From the NCBI GenBank assembly GCA_964508365.1, contig CAZDTP010000073.1, positions 1-16,293 of the forward strand: a DNA stretch of 16,293 nucleotides, in the 5' to 3' direction. The stretch is from an uncultured archaeon (GTDB lineage: Archaea > Asgardarchaeota > Lokiarchaeia > Sigyniarchaeales > SOKP01). The notes beneath the pieces were generated by a model. The model was given only the letters and a program-made list of their open reading frames with translations, was not told where the DNA came from and made no database searches. The position numbers and the translations under genes were made by a program. The stretch's first letter is position 1. Each line of letters starts with the position of its first letter. Positions 6,604 to 14,848 of the stretch are shown here, piece by piece.

Positions 6604-8455
6604 CCTCAGGAATAAATAATACGATGTTACTTCCTTTTGAACGGTCTCCCTTAACTCTATCTTCGACCCATATCTTTCCGTTATAAGTTTCGATGATTCT
6701 TCGCACTAGCGACAACCCTAAGCCCATTCCAAGAACGCTTTCGTCGTTGTACCCTCTTTTAAAGATTATATCTTTCATAGAATCTGCAACTCCCAAACCG
6801 TTATCCAGAAATTCCATTTTAACGTAATTTACGCCGTTTTGTTGCTCTCTTGTAATTTTAACGATAATATTTATTATTAAATTTATGTTATATTTTATTG
6901 CGTTAATTAAAAGGTTTTCAAACACATCCTCTAAATAATCGTTGGCTTCGATAAAAAATTTTTCTCCAATAGAATCGACTCGAATGGCTAGATTTTTATC
7001 TTTATTAGATTCCTTCACGATTAAAATAATATTTTTTAAAACATTAAGAATTTCAATTTTGTTTAAATTTTGTTCTACTTCTTCGAGTTGTGAGAGTTTT
7101 CGCACATTAGAAACTAGTTTTGACCCTCTAATGACTTGGTCTTCAATAATTCTAGCATTTATTTTTAAATTTTCGAGTTTCTCTGGATTAGTGAGAATTA
7201 ATTGGTTAATTTGCATCCCAGACAAAATACTTTGTAATATATTATTAATGTCGTGAGCGAATAAATCTTTATAGAACTCTGCCCGATTGTAAGCTTCTCT
7301 ATATCTCTTTTCAGATTCCCGCAATGCCATTTCAGCTTGCTTACGCTTTGTAATGTTCATAATAATTTCAATTACTTTTTCTGTGTTTCTATCTGAATCG
7401 AGATATGGTGCTGAAAATAACTCATAACTATTTCCATCAACACCGGTTAATTCCAAAGACTCGATTGCATTATTTTTTAATGCCTTAATCATAGGGCAGA
7501 AATCACAAGGAGCTTTTAACCCCATATAATTTTCATAGCATAGTTTTCCAGTAATATCACCAAACTTTTCTTTTAAAACTTGATTTTGAAACAAAACCTT
7601 GTAATCTTTAGTAACAATATCAATACCGATTCCTACTGATGTAATTCCATCCATTAAATATCGAGATTTTAACTCAGATTCTTTTAATTTTTCCTCTATT
7701 TTTTTACGCTCTGTAATATCCAAAAGAGATGCTACGCTTCTTTTAGTCTCAGGGATCATATCGATAACTATTAATATGTCTCGAATGTTACCTTCTTTAT
7801 TGACAAAACGAAATTCATACTTTTTTTGAGTAGAGTCTGGATCTTTTCTCCGGTTGTAATGAAGTTTTTTCATCCTTTCCAAATCTTCTTCGACAACAAA
7901 ATCTGTCCATTTTTCTTTCCATTCGATCTCTTCTCTTGAGATACCAGAAAGTTCTTCAAACTGCTTATTTACAAGTGAGATCGTTGTATCCTCCTCTATT
8001 ATAACTGTGGCAGTTCCAGTATTTTCGAAAATAGTTCTATATTCTTCCTCAGATTTCAAAACACTTTGCTTTAGCTTTAAAGTCAATGCTTTTAATTCTT
8101 TTTCAGACTTTTTCAATATTTCTAAGGCTTCTTTTTTTTCCGTAATGTCTTCTATATGAACAATAACTAAATTTGGGGGGATGAAACCATACTTTATAGA
8201 TAGAAATCTTTCCTCTCCCGTAGATTCGGAACCATATTCATTTTCTCTGAAAATACTAATCTGATTGCTAGCGCAGCGATTTAATTCTTTTAAGATTTTT
8301 GGTTGATTCTTATACATTTCTGAAGCTTTTCTACCTATATGATTCTTCATCATTCCTTTAGTTAATTTATCTGCAGCATCGTTATAATCAATTAAAATTA
8401 AATCATTTTCAATTTTTTGCCATAGATATGTAGGAATAGGGATGCCTTTAAACAA
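6596..8455 (-). CDS. Cytoplasmic PAS-PAS-PAS sensor histidine kinase
   Basis: Three PAS/PAC-like repeats (ending HIEDIT, LLDITERK, IMNITKRK), H-box DLFAHDINNILQ, N-box FENLLINAIKY, G1 DNGLG and G2 GMGLGLS. No transmembrane segment. The start codon is uncertain. Confidence 0.93.
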   Translation of the reverse strand: MFKGIPIPTYLWQKIENDLILIDYNDAADKLTKGMMKNHIGRKASEMYKNQPKILKELNRCASNQISIFRENEYGSESTGEERFLSIKYGFIPPNLVIVHIEDITEKKEALEILKKSEKELKALTLKLKQSVLKSEEEYRTIFENTGTATVIIEEDTTISLVNKQFEELSGISREEIEWKEKWTDFVVEEDLERMKKLHYNRRKDPDSTQKKYEFRFVNKEGNIRDILIVIDMIPETKRSVASLLDITERKKIEEKLKESELKSRYLMDGITSVGIGIDIVTKDYKVLFQNQVLKEKFGDITGKLCYENYMGLKAPCDFCPMIKALKNNAIESLELTGVDGNSYELFSAPYLDSDRNTEKVIEIIMNITKRKQAEMALRESEKRYREAYNRAEFYKDLFAHDINNILQSILSGMQINQLILTNPEKLENLKINARIIEDQVIRGSKLVSNVRKLSQLEEVEQNLNKIEILNVLKNIILIVKESNKDKNLAIRVDSIGEKFFIEANDYLEDVFENLLINAIKYNINLIINIIVKITREQQNGVNYVKMEFLDNGLGVADSMKDIIFKRGYNDESVLGMGLGLSLVRRIIETYNGKIWVEDRVKGDRSKGSNIVLFIPEVD

Positions 8456-8672
8456 CGCTTTAAAATTTATTTTTGAGATTTTCTTTTTATTTACGATTTT
8501 TTTTCACTTTATATTAATTTTACACTCAAAATAGTTCTTTTTCATCAAAATGTTCTTTAATTTTTCTCAAAAGGGTAATAATGTAGTTTTAGTATTACAT
8601 ATAAGGCGAAAAAACTTGTATTTAAATATTATTGAATTTCTTTTTGCATACAAATTAACTAGAAAAGTATTA

Positions 8673-8696
8673 TTCGTGAAAGATTAATTTCACGAA
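8673..8696. promoter_or_regulatory. Perfect 9-bp inverted repeat in a divergent intergenic region (possible operator or hairpin)
   Basis: TTCGTGAAA (8673-8681), 6-nt spacer, TTTCACGAA (8688-8696), between the divergently transcribed kinase and the 8991 gene. Confidence 0.35.
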
Positions 8697-8990
8697 ATAA
8701 ATTGTCATTTTTAATTTCAGTCTAAATTCATGAATTTTTATGTTATCTTTAACTTTATAAAGAGGAAGCCTTTTTTTCACATTCTAAAATTCTTGATTTT
8801 ATTATGCCGATTTCCGGCATTCCTCCATTATGATTTCAGAGATTATAATAACTAAATCAAAAACCAGTATTATAATGTGGAAATCTCATTTCGATTTCAT
8901 CTTAGATAAATAGAAATTAAGCATTTTTTTAAATACACTCCAAACTTAATATTATAATTGTACAAATAAGATCTCTCAAAGATCAAAAAA

Positions 8991-9698
8991 GTGATATTTA
9001 TGAATGTTAATGAAAATAAAATTAAAAAAAGAGAGAATCGTGATGTAATTTATCTAAGAAATTATTCCAAAGCGATATTTTTTTTCCCGTTGTTCCTTAC
9101 ATCATTAATTTTATGGATAATAGAAGCATTTTTAGGCGTACCGGGAAAGCCTTTAGCTGGACTGGGATTTGTATGGACCTTAATATTCATTATTAATTTA
9201 CTCGCAATTTCGTTTGATTTTTCCTCAATAAAGTTAGTTATAATTGCTTTAATTATAGTTATTGCAATTCTTCTGCTGGTTTTTCTTGTATTACCTGCAT
9301 CATTAACTATGATTATAGAGGAATTTCAAAACTTTGAATTTAATATTGGAATGACAATTGAATTTTATATGATAATGTCAATAAGTTTTGCCGTAATTTT
9401 AGCCATTGCATTTATTGGAGCAAGATTTGATTATTGGCGATTGGAACGAAATGAGATTTACCATAAAAGAGGTATTGTCGTCAAATCCGAAAGATATCCA
9501 ACTCAAGGATTAAGAATTTTAAAAACTATTCCTGATATAATAGAATTTGTCTTATTAAGAGCAGGATCTATAACATTAATTCTTGGAGAAAATGATATTG
9601 CTCATTTAAGCACGATACTCAATGTTAATAAGAAATCAAATGAGATAGATAAACTTTTAAGCGAATTGGATGTAAAAGTCGAAAAACCTGGTGCTTGA
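8991..9698 (+). CDS. Membrane protein with about 4 TM helices and a C-terminal soluble, possibly bacterial-PH-like domain
   Basis: Four hydrophobic stretches followed by YWRLERNEIYHKRGI...GSITLILG, a beta-rich pattern like bPH domains. The start could be the GTG at 8991 or the ATG at 9000. Confidence 0.6.
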   Translation: MIFMNVNENKIKKRENRDVIYLRNYSKAIFFFPLFLTSLILWIIEAFLGVPGKPLAGLGFVWTLIFIINLLAISFDFSSIKLVIIALIIVIAILLLVFLVLPASLTMIIEEFQNFEFNIGMTIEFYMIMSISFAVILAIAFIGARFDYWRLERNEIYHKRGIVVKSERYPTQGLRILKTIPDIIEFVLLRAGSITLILGENDIAHLSTILNVNKKSNEIDKLLSELDVKVEKPGA

Positions 9699-9793
9699 AA
9701 AATAAATGACTAATTAAAATTTAATAGATTTTTTTTATCTTCATTATAAATAGTATCTATGCTCCTGAATATTATGCTTTAAATTGATGAAAA

Positions 9794-11545
9794 ATGAAAA
9801 AAAATAAGTTTTACAAAAAAAAAAAGCATTTAATTTTAATAATCCCATTAATTTTTTATACAATTTGTTTAATATTTCTATATTCAAGCAGGGTAGAAAG
9901 TTATGTTTATTATGAAAGATTACAATTTCAGTCTTCTGGAGCTACTATTTATGCCAACTTATATTATCCTAATCATAAATTAACTTTTCAAGAAACAAGT
10001 CCTCTAATTATTTATGCCCATGGATTCGGAAGTCAAAAAGACTTAGATCCTCGCATCCCAAATGAATTTACAAAAAGAGGTTTTTATGTGGCATCAATTG
10101 ATTATAGAGGTAATGGAGAGAGCTCTGGACATATATTAGATATTAATTATCAAAATTATGGAAATAGAACAAATGTCCCTGCGATTGCCCAAGATTGTTC
10201 AAAATTATTAGATTTGATAGAATCTTTACCCGTTTATGAGAAAATAAATTCTTCACAAATTGGGTTGGTTGGTCATTCACTAGGAGGGATGATTGTTTTG
10301 ATGAATGGTGCTTTAGATGATCGTTTTGTAGCAACAGTGACATGGGCTGGTTTAGTAAATTTTTCAGCAAGCTTCTTTGGAATTAATAATGACCATCCAT
10401 TTATGAATTATATTCCTGCTAAAATAATTAATAACACAAATCCGAGAAATATACTTGGAATTCAATCAATTTATGATGAAATCGTACCTTATAAACAAAA
10501 TGCCTTAATTCTTCAAAAATTAACCAATTGTACATTAGTAAACATAACTCAAAATTTATTTTTAGGCGCACATTATCTTTTTACTGATACGGTTTTAATT
10601 CGTACAATAAATTGGTTTGAAATTACTTTTTTTACCTCAGATATAATCAATGGTCCAATACATCTCTCTTATAAATTAACTTTAATATTACTAGGTTTAA
10701 GTTTAATAGGGTTATTTTTAACAACCTTGTCAATTATGATCTTCATTTTAAAATATTTTCATATAGAAGATAAAATTAAATGTGGTGTAAAATCTTTATC
10801 ATCCGAAAAAATTGAAAGACGCACAATGTTAAACCCTTTTAAGCAAACTTTAAAGGTCCTTTTCTATTTTATAAGTTTTTTAGGAATCTGGCTTGTTTTT
10901 TTTCTATTATTAGGAATAACTAGTCTTATATTAACACCTATTATTATGATTATAATATATCTTGTAACTATTTTAATTAAATATTATATTAGTTCAGAGA
11001 AAGTTGGAGAAAGGCTAAGTTTATATATTGAATTGCAACTAAAAAAGGAAATTAAATCACAATTTCATAAGAATGTTTTATTTTATTCATTTTTATCAAC
11101 AATAATTTTTTTAGCATTATATATAAGCTTTTCAATTTCTTATCCATTTGCTTTTTTTTCGCCTATAAATATCCTGGATTTTATAATTGCTTATACTGTT
11201 TACCCATTTTATTTAACAATAGAATTATTTTATAGAAAAATAATTTATCCTTCATTATATTTCATTAAATCTACATTTAAGAAAACCTTGATAACTAGCG
11301 CATTATCAGTTATTAATATTTTCATATTAATGGTTTTATCTTATCCTATACTTATAATTAATTCAATTTTGGTTAGTTTTTTAATCTTTTTAGCGGTAAT
11401 GATTATGAATTCATTAATATATGAAAAAACAAATAAATTTAGTTCAGTATTGATAAATTCTTTCATAATTATTCAAATATTTTTCGGATCTGCTGTTTCT
11501 ACTATTTTAGGAATAGGATCCTTGATCCATTTAATCACATTATAA
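9794..11545 (+). CDS. Membrane-anchored alpha/beta hydrolase with a C-terminal multi-pass membrane domain
   Basis: Basic N-terminus plus a hydrophobic anchor, oxyanion motif AHGFG, DYRGNGES, nucleophile GHSLGG (Ser162), probable Asp228 (YDEIVP) and His260 (GAHY), then roughly 7-8 hydrophobic segments. Confidence 0.85.
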   Translation: MKKNKFYKKKKHLILIIPLIFYTICLIFLYSSRVESYVYYERLQFQSSGATIYANLYYPNHKLTFQETSPLIIYAHGFGSQKDLDPRIPNEFTKRGFYVASIDYRGNGESSGHILDINYQNYGNRTNVPAIAQDCSKLLDLIESLPVYEKINSSQIGLVGHSLGGMIVLMNGALDDRFVATVTWAGLVNFSASFFGINNDHPFMNYIPAKIINNTNPRNILGIQSIYDEIVPYKQNALILQKLTNCTLVNITQNLFLGAHYLFTDTVLIRTINWFEITFFTSDIINGPIHLSYKLTLILLGLSLIGLFLTTLSIMIFILKYFHIEDKIKCGVKSLSSEKIERRTMLNPFKQTLKVLFYFISFLGIWLVFFLLLGITSLILTPIIMIIIYLVTILIKYYISSEKVGERLSLYIELQLKKEIKSQFHKNVLFYSFLSTIIFLALYISFSISYPFAFFSPINILDFIIAYTVYPFYLTIELFYRKIIYPSLYFIKSTFKKTLITSALSVINIFILMVLSYPILIINSILVSFLIFLAVMIMNSLIYEKTNKFSSVLINSFIIIQIFFGSAVSTILGIGSLIHLITL

Positions 11546-11635
11546 GAAATTTTTATATAAAAAGATTTAAAAATAAAAAGAACAGTATAATTTTATTCAA
11601 AAATATTTCATAAAATTGTTTAAAATGAGAATTCA

Positions 11636-12895
11636 GTGTTAGATAAAAATTTAATTGATGAGAATGATATAAAAACTAAAGAGAAATTATTTCATTACAT
11701 AGAAATATTCAGCTTCCCGAGATTAGCAGGATCTGAAGGTGAGAAATCAGCTGTAAAGTTAACAGTAGAAACATTTGAAAAAATAGGTTTCAATGAAAAT
11801 GAAATTCAAAAACAAGAATTTGAATTTTCGACTTTTTATTCAGAAGAATTAGTAAAAATAATTGCATTTATGAGCCTTATTCTTATCGCGATACTCCTAT
11901 TTATTAAGTATCTTTTTCCTGTTTTAGTTATTTTTACAATAATCGGTATTATAATAATTTTTCTCTCGATGGTTAAAGTCTTAAAACACCCCGAATTAAA
12001 AGGATTTTGGGAAAATTTTTTTGGTAAAAAGGTATCTGCTACTAATGTTTTTGTCAAAGTTCCAGCAAAAAAAATTCCATTTGAAAGTGCAAATAATATA
12101 ATTATTTCAGCACATTTAGACTCTAAATCCCAAACAGTGAAAACTATATGGAGAGTTATTTTTTTCGTGATATGGGAAATTGGAGGAATTACTTTACTGA
12201 TTTTTTTTACATTATTCCTAATTGACTATTATTTTGGCACATTTAAAATCATTCTTATCGTTCTAGAAAGCTGTATAATTGTAGTATCGTCTTTAATAAT
12301 TTTTTCAATATTTATGATTATTATAATTAAAACAGGAAATAAATCTAGAGGTGCTTTAGATAATGCTTCAGGAATGGCATTAGTTTTTGAACTGAGTTCA
12401 ATTTTTAGAATTACTCCTTTGAATAATTTTAATCTATGGTTTTGTCAATTTTCAGCCGAGGAAATAGGAACTATGGGTTCTAGAATTTTCGTAGATGAAT
12501 ATGAAGATTTTTTTAATAAAGAAAAGTCATATCATATTAATTTTGATATGGTTTCATCTATAAATAATAAAAGAAACATAGTTGAATTTATTAAATCCTA
12601 TGGCTTTTTAATTCCCAAAAGTGCGTCTCATTTATTGCTTTCTTACATCCATAAATCTGCTGATGAACAAAAAATTAAGATTTACGGTCATCGAGTATTA
12701 AGTGGAGCTCACACAGATTCAATTCCATTCCATTTGAGAAAATATGATTCGATTGATATAACCACATTATCTGCTGCAAAATATTCTCATAGCAAAAATG
12801 ACACCCCAGATAAAATCAATTCTCAAGTTTTATTAGAAACTGGTAAAATAGTTCGAAGATTAATCTCAATGCTCGATGATAATTTATTAATGTGA
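11636..12895 (+). CDS. M28-family zinc metallopeptidase with inserted transmembrane hairpins
   Basis: PRLAGSEGE, SAHLDS (His160/Asp162), GALDNASG (Asp242), SAEEIG (Glu275/276), NFDMV (Asp304), HTDSIPF and YSHSKNDT (His385). Hydrophobic blocks at about aa 75-113 and 171-231. Confidence 0.87.
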   Translation: MLDKNLIDENDIKTKEKLFHYIEIFSFPRLAGSEGEKSAVKLTVETFEKIGFNENEIQKQEFEFSTFYSEELVKIIAFMSLILIAILLFIKYLFPVLVIFTIIGIIIIFLSMVKVLKHPELKGFWENFFGKKVSATNVFVKVPAKKIPFESANNIIISAHLDSKSQTVKTIWRVIFFVIWEIGGITLLIFFTLFLIDYYFGTFKIILIVLESCIIVVSSLIIFSIFMIIIIKTGNKSRGALDNASGMALVFELSSIFRITPLNNFNLWFCQFSAEEIGTMGSRIFVDEYEDFFNKEKSYHINFDMVSSINNKRNIVEFIKSYGFLIPKSASHLLLSYIHKSADEQKIKIYGHRVLSGAHTDSIPFHLRKYDSIDITTLSAAKYSHSKNDTPDKINSQVLLETGKIVRRLISMLDDNLLM

Positions 12896-12985
12896 TTTAG
12901 ATGTCATGAAAAAAGATAGGATAACATAATTTTCATGAAATAATTATAATCTTTGATTTAGAATTCATCAATTTACTCAAGAAAC

Positions 12986-13303
12986 TTAGTTTGAAGGCGA
13001 TAATCCAATTAATTTTTTAAACTCAGGTGGTTCATTTCCCTCGTCAATTGCGGCTATTTTAAAGTCTACGCCATATTCATCTCTGATTTCGGGTGCTTTT
13101 TGTGTCGCAATGAATTTTTTTCTAATACTTGCTTTCTCTCCTTGCCAAATCCATATCTCTTTTTCTTTAGGATCGACGATTATGAAAATAAAGAATGTAT
13201 CTAAAGCCGTGTATATGGGGGCATCTAATAAGTCTATTTCGTCAAAATTTTCCTCTTCTTCATTAATTATAAACACTAAAAACTGGTCTTCTAATACGCT
13301 CAT
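12986..13303 (-). CDS. Single-domain gelsolin/villin-like protein (Asgard 1DGel type)
   Basis: 105 aa from the ATG at 13303 (preferred over the track's TTG at 13330). Gelsolin-repeat signature FIIVDP...IWIWQGEKAS...IDEGNEPPEFKKLIG. Confidence 0.85.
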   Translation of the reverse strand: MSVLEDQFLVFIINEEEENFDEIDLLDAPIYTALDTFFIFIIVDPKEKEIWIWQGEKASIRKKFIATQKAPEIRDEYGVDFKIAAIDEGNEPPEFKKLIGLSPSN

Positions 13304-13409
13304 ATTATTTCGCCTGAATAAAGTATACAAAAAAGTATAAATAATTATTATGCAATTCTTTTTTTTAAACTTTATTGTATGATTGAAAATTTTGAGAAGT
13401 TATTCAATC

Positions 13410-14399
13410 TCAAATAATGATAAAAATTTCCAGTTTGTTCAAATAATACGCTAAGAGCCAGATGAAAGCAGTGTGAAAGATAGCTAATGGGAAGAGAATT
13501 ATACTAGGTGTATCGAAGGGAAATATCGTATAAATCGTGTAAGCAATCAACATATGAATTAAATAAAGGATAAACGCATTCTTCCCCATAACGCTGAATA
13601 TCCTCTCTTTTTTAATGAAATTATAATTTATTCCCCTTTCTTCAAATATAAAATATAAAAGATAGTAAAATATTGACGCCACTCCCACGCTAATTAAAAT
13701 ATAGGGCACCGAAATATAGGGTCTACTTATTTCCCAAATGAAACCAGATCCAATCCCAATTAGTAGACAAATAAACCCTCCATACAAGAAATAGCGCTTT
13801 ACATATTCTTTACCCTTCCCTAAACCCTCTGCTAAAAACGAAGATAAAATAAGCATGGAACCCCATGAAAATCCTCCTAAAATTCCGCCTTCTATCGATT
13901 CGTAAATTATTACGCTTGCAGGTGTAAGAAGAATTAACTGATGTAAAACCATAAAGATTATGGCGAACAATAGCTTCACAAATGGTTTTAATTCGATTAG
14001 AGGTAATATCATTAATCCTGAAAACCCTAAAACTTGAAGAGTACCCCATCGGAAGTAAAACCCGTTGAGATCGATATAAATAGTTAATAGTAGACCTATT
14101 CCAATGAAAATTAAAAATCGGCGGACAAATCTTAATGATGCTCTTTTCTTCCCAACTTTTTCAACACGCCGTTTATATGAGATATTCATATTAAGCGCCA
14201 GCATAAATACAAAAAAAGGTGCCACCAAATCAGCATATGTTAATCCAAAATCCCCAGCGTGTTTAGTCCAAGCTGGAAAATCATCATAAGGATGAATAGT
14301 GTTAAGAAAAACCATTAGAAAGATTGTTAACCCTTTAAATACATCTATACTTAAAATTCTTCTATTTTGATTAGCAAGAGTATCTTCCTCTTTAGTCAT
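13410..14399 (-). CDS. Heparan-alpha-glucosaminide N-acetyltransferase-like (HGSNAT/NagX-type) multi-pass membrane acyltransferase
   Basis: RILSIDVFKGLTIFLMVFLN, KHA (candidate catalytic His), LTYADLVAPFFVF and WGTLQVLG, with many TM segments. Confidence 0.8.
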   Translation of the reverse strand: MTKEEDTLANQNRRILSIDVFKGLTIFLMVFLNTIHPYDDFPAWTKHAGDFGLTYADLVAPFFVFMLALNMNISYKRRVEKVGKKRASLRFVRRFLIFIGIGLLLTIYIDLNGFYFRWGTLQVLGFSGLMILPLIELKPFVKLLFAIIFMVLHQLILLTPASVIIYESIEGGILGGFSWGSMLILSSFLAEGLGKGKEYVKRYFLYGGFICLLIGIGSGFIWEISRPYISVPYILISVGVASIFYYLLYFIFEERGINYNFIKKERIFSVMGKNAFILYLIHMLIAYTIYTIFPFDTPSIILFPLAIFHTAFIWLLAYYLNKLEIFIII

Positions 14400-14456
14400 A
14401 TCTCTGCGAAATTATAATTCAATTAAAAATTAAAAGAGAAAATTTAATCAAAAGTT

Positions 14457-14681
14457 TTATTCCAATTATTCATCAGAACCGTACTTATAAAGTAATTCTT
14501 GCGTTCCTTCGATACTGGGAATTAATAATGGATGACAACCAGCTTTTAGAACTTCAGCATAAATAACTTAAAAAAGGCCTTCAGCCATTGCTGGTCCTAC
14601 TACAGCCATGCGTTGACCTTTTTTGACACCCACGGTATAATTTACTGCTAGTTTAGCTAATTTTTCGTAAAATTCACTTAC
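14457..14681 (-). pseudogene. Remnant of an M29 (AmpS/AmpT-type thermophilic) aminopeptidase, N-terminal 75 codons
   Basis: Manual translation gives VSEFYEKLAKLAVNYTVGVKKGQRMAVVGPAMAEGLF*VIYAEVLKAGCHPLLIPSIEGTQELLYKYGSDE*LE*. In-frame TAA at 14570-14568, 14468-14466 and 14459-14457. No intact start codon and no catalytic C-terminal part follows. Confidence 0.78.
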
Positions 14682-14848
14682 CTTAACTTTTTAAAATTCT
14701 TGAAACTTTAAAAATCATCCTCCAGTTGAATCATTTATATTATGCATTTCTTTTTTTATTGATTTAACTTTAAAATACAGGGATAATCAATCCAAATATT
14801 TAAAGAAATTCTATTCTTTAATAAAACAAAAATATAGAGATTAAAATC

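Noticed and set aside
6287-7256. Plus-strand ORFs 6287-6547 and 6942-7256
   Set aside because: They are shadows of the receiver and kinase genes on the opposite strand.
8740-8820. Short minus-strand ORF MPEIGIIKSRILECEKKGFLFIKLKIT preceded by GGAGGA
   Set aside because: It is only 27 codons, the SD-like motif abuts the ATG with no spacing, and I recognise no homology.
10143-12057. Minus-strand ORFs 10143-10370 and 11836-12057
   Set aside because: They are short, antisense to the hydrolase and M28 genes, and carry no motifs.
12904-12938. Inverted repeat TCATGAAAA-n17-TTTTCATGA between the convergent M28 and gelsolin genes
   Set aside because: The arms are AT-rich with a long loop, giving a weak hairpin. 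It may be a terminator, but support is insufficient.
13110-14289. ORFs 13110-13340 (+), 13810-14049 (-) and 14104-14289 (+)
   Set aside because: They overlap the gelsolin or HGSNAT-like genes in other frames or strands and have no independent support.
14457-14681. TAA reassignment or read-through to rescue the M29 fragment
   Set aside because: TAA terminates many intact genes in this window, and the M29 sequence is truncated anyway.
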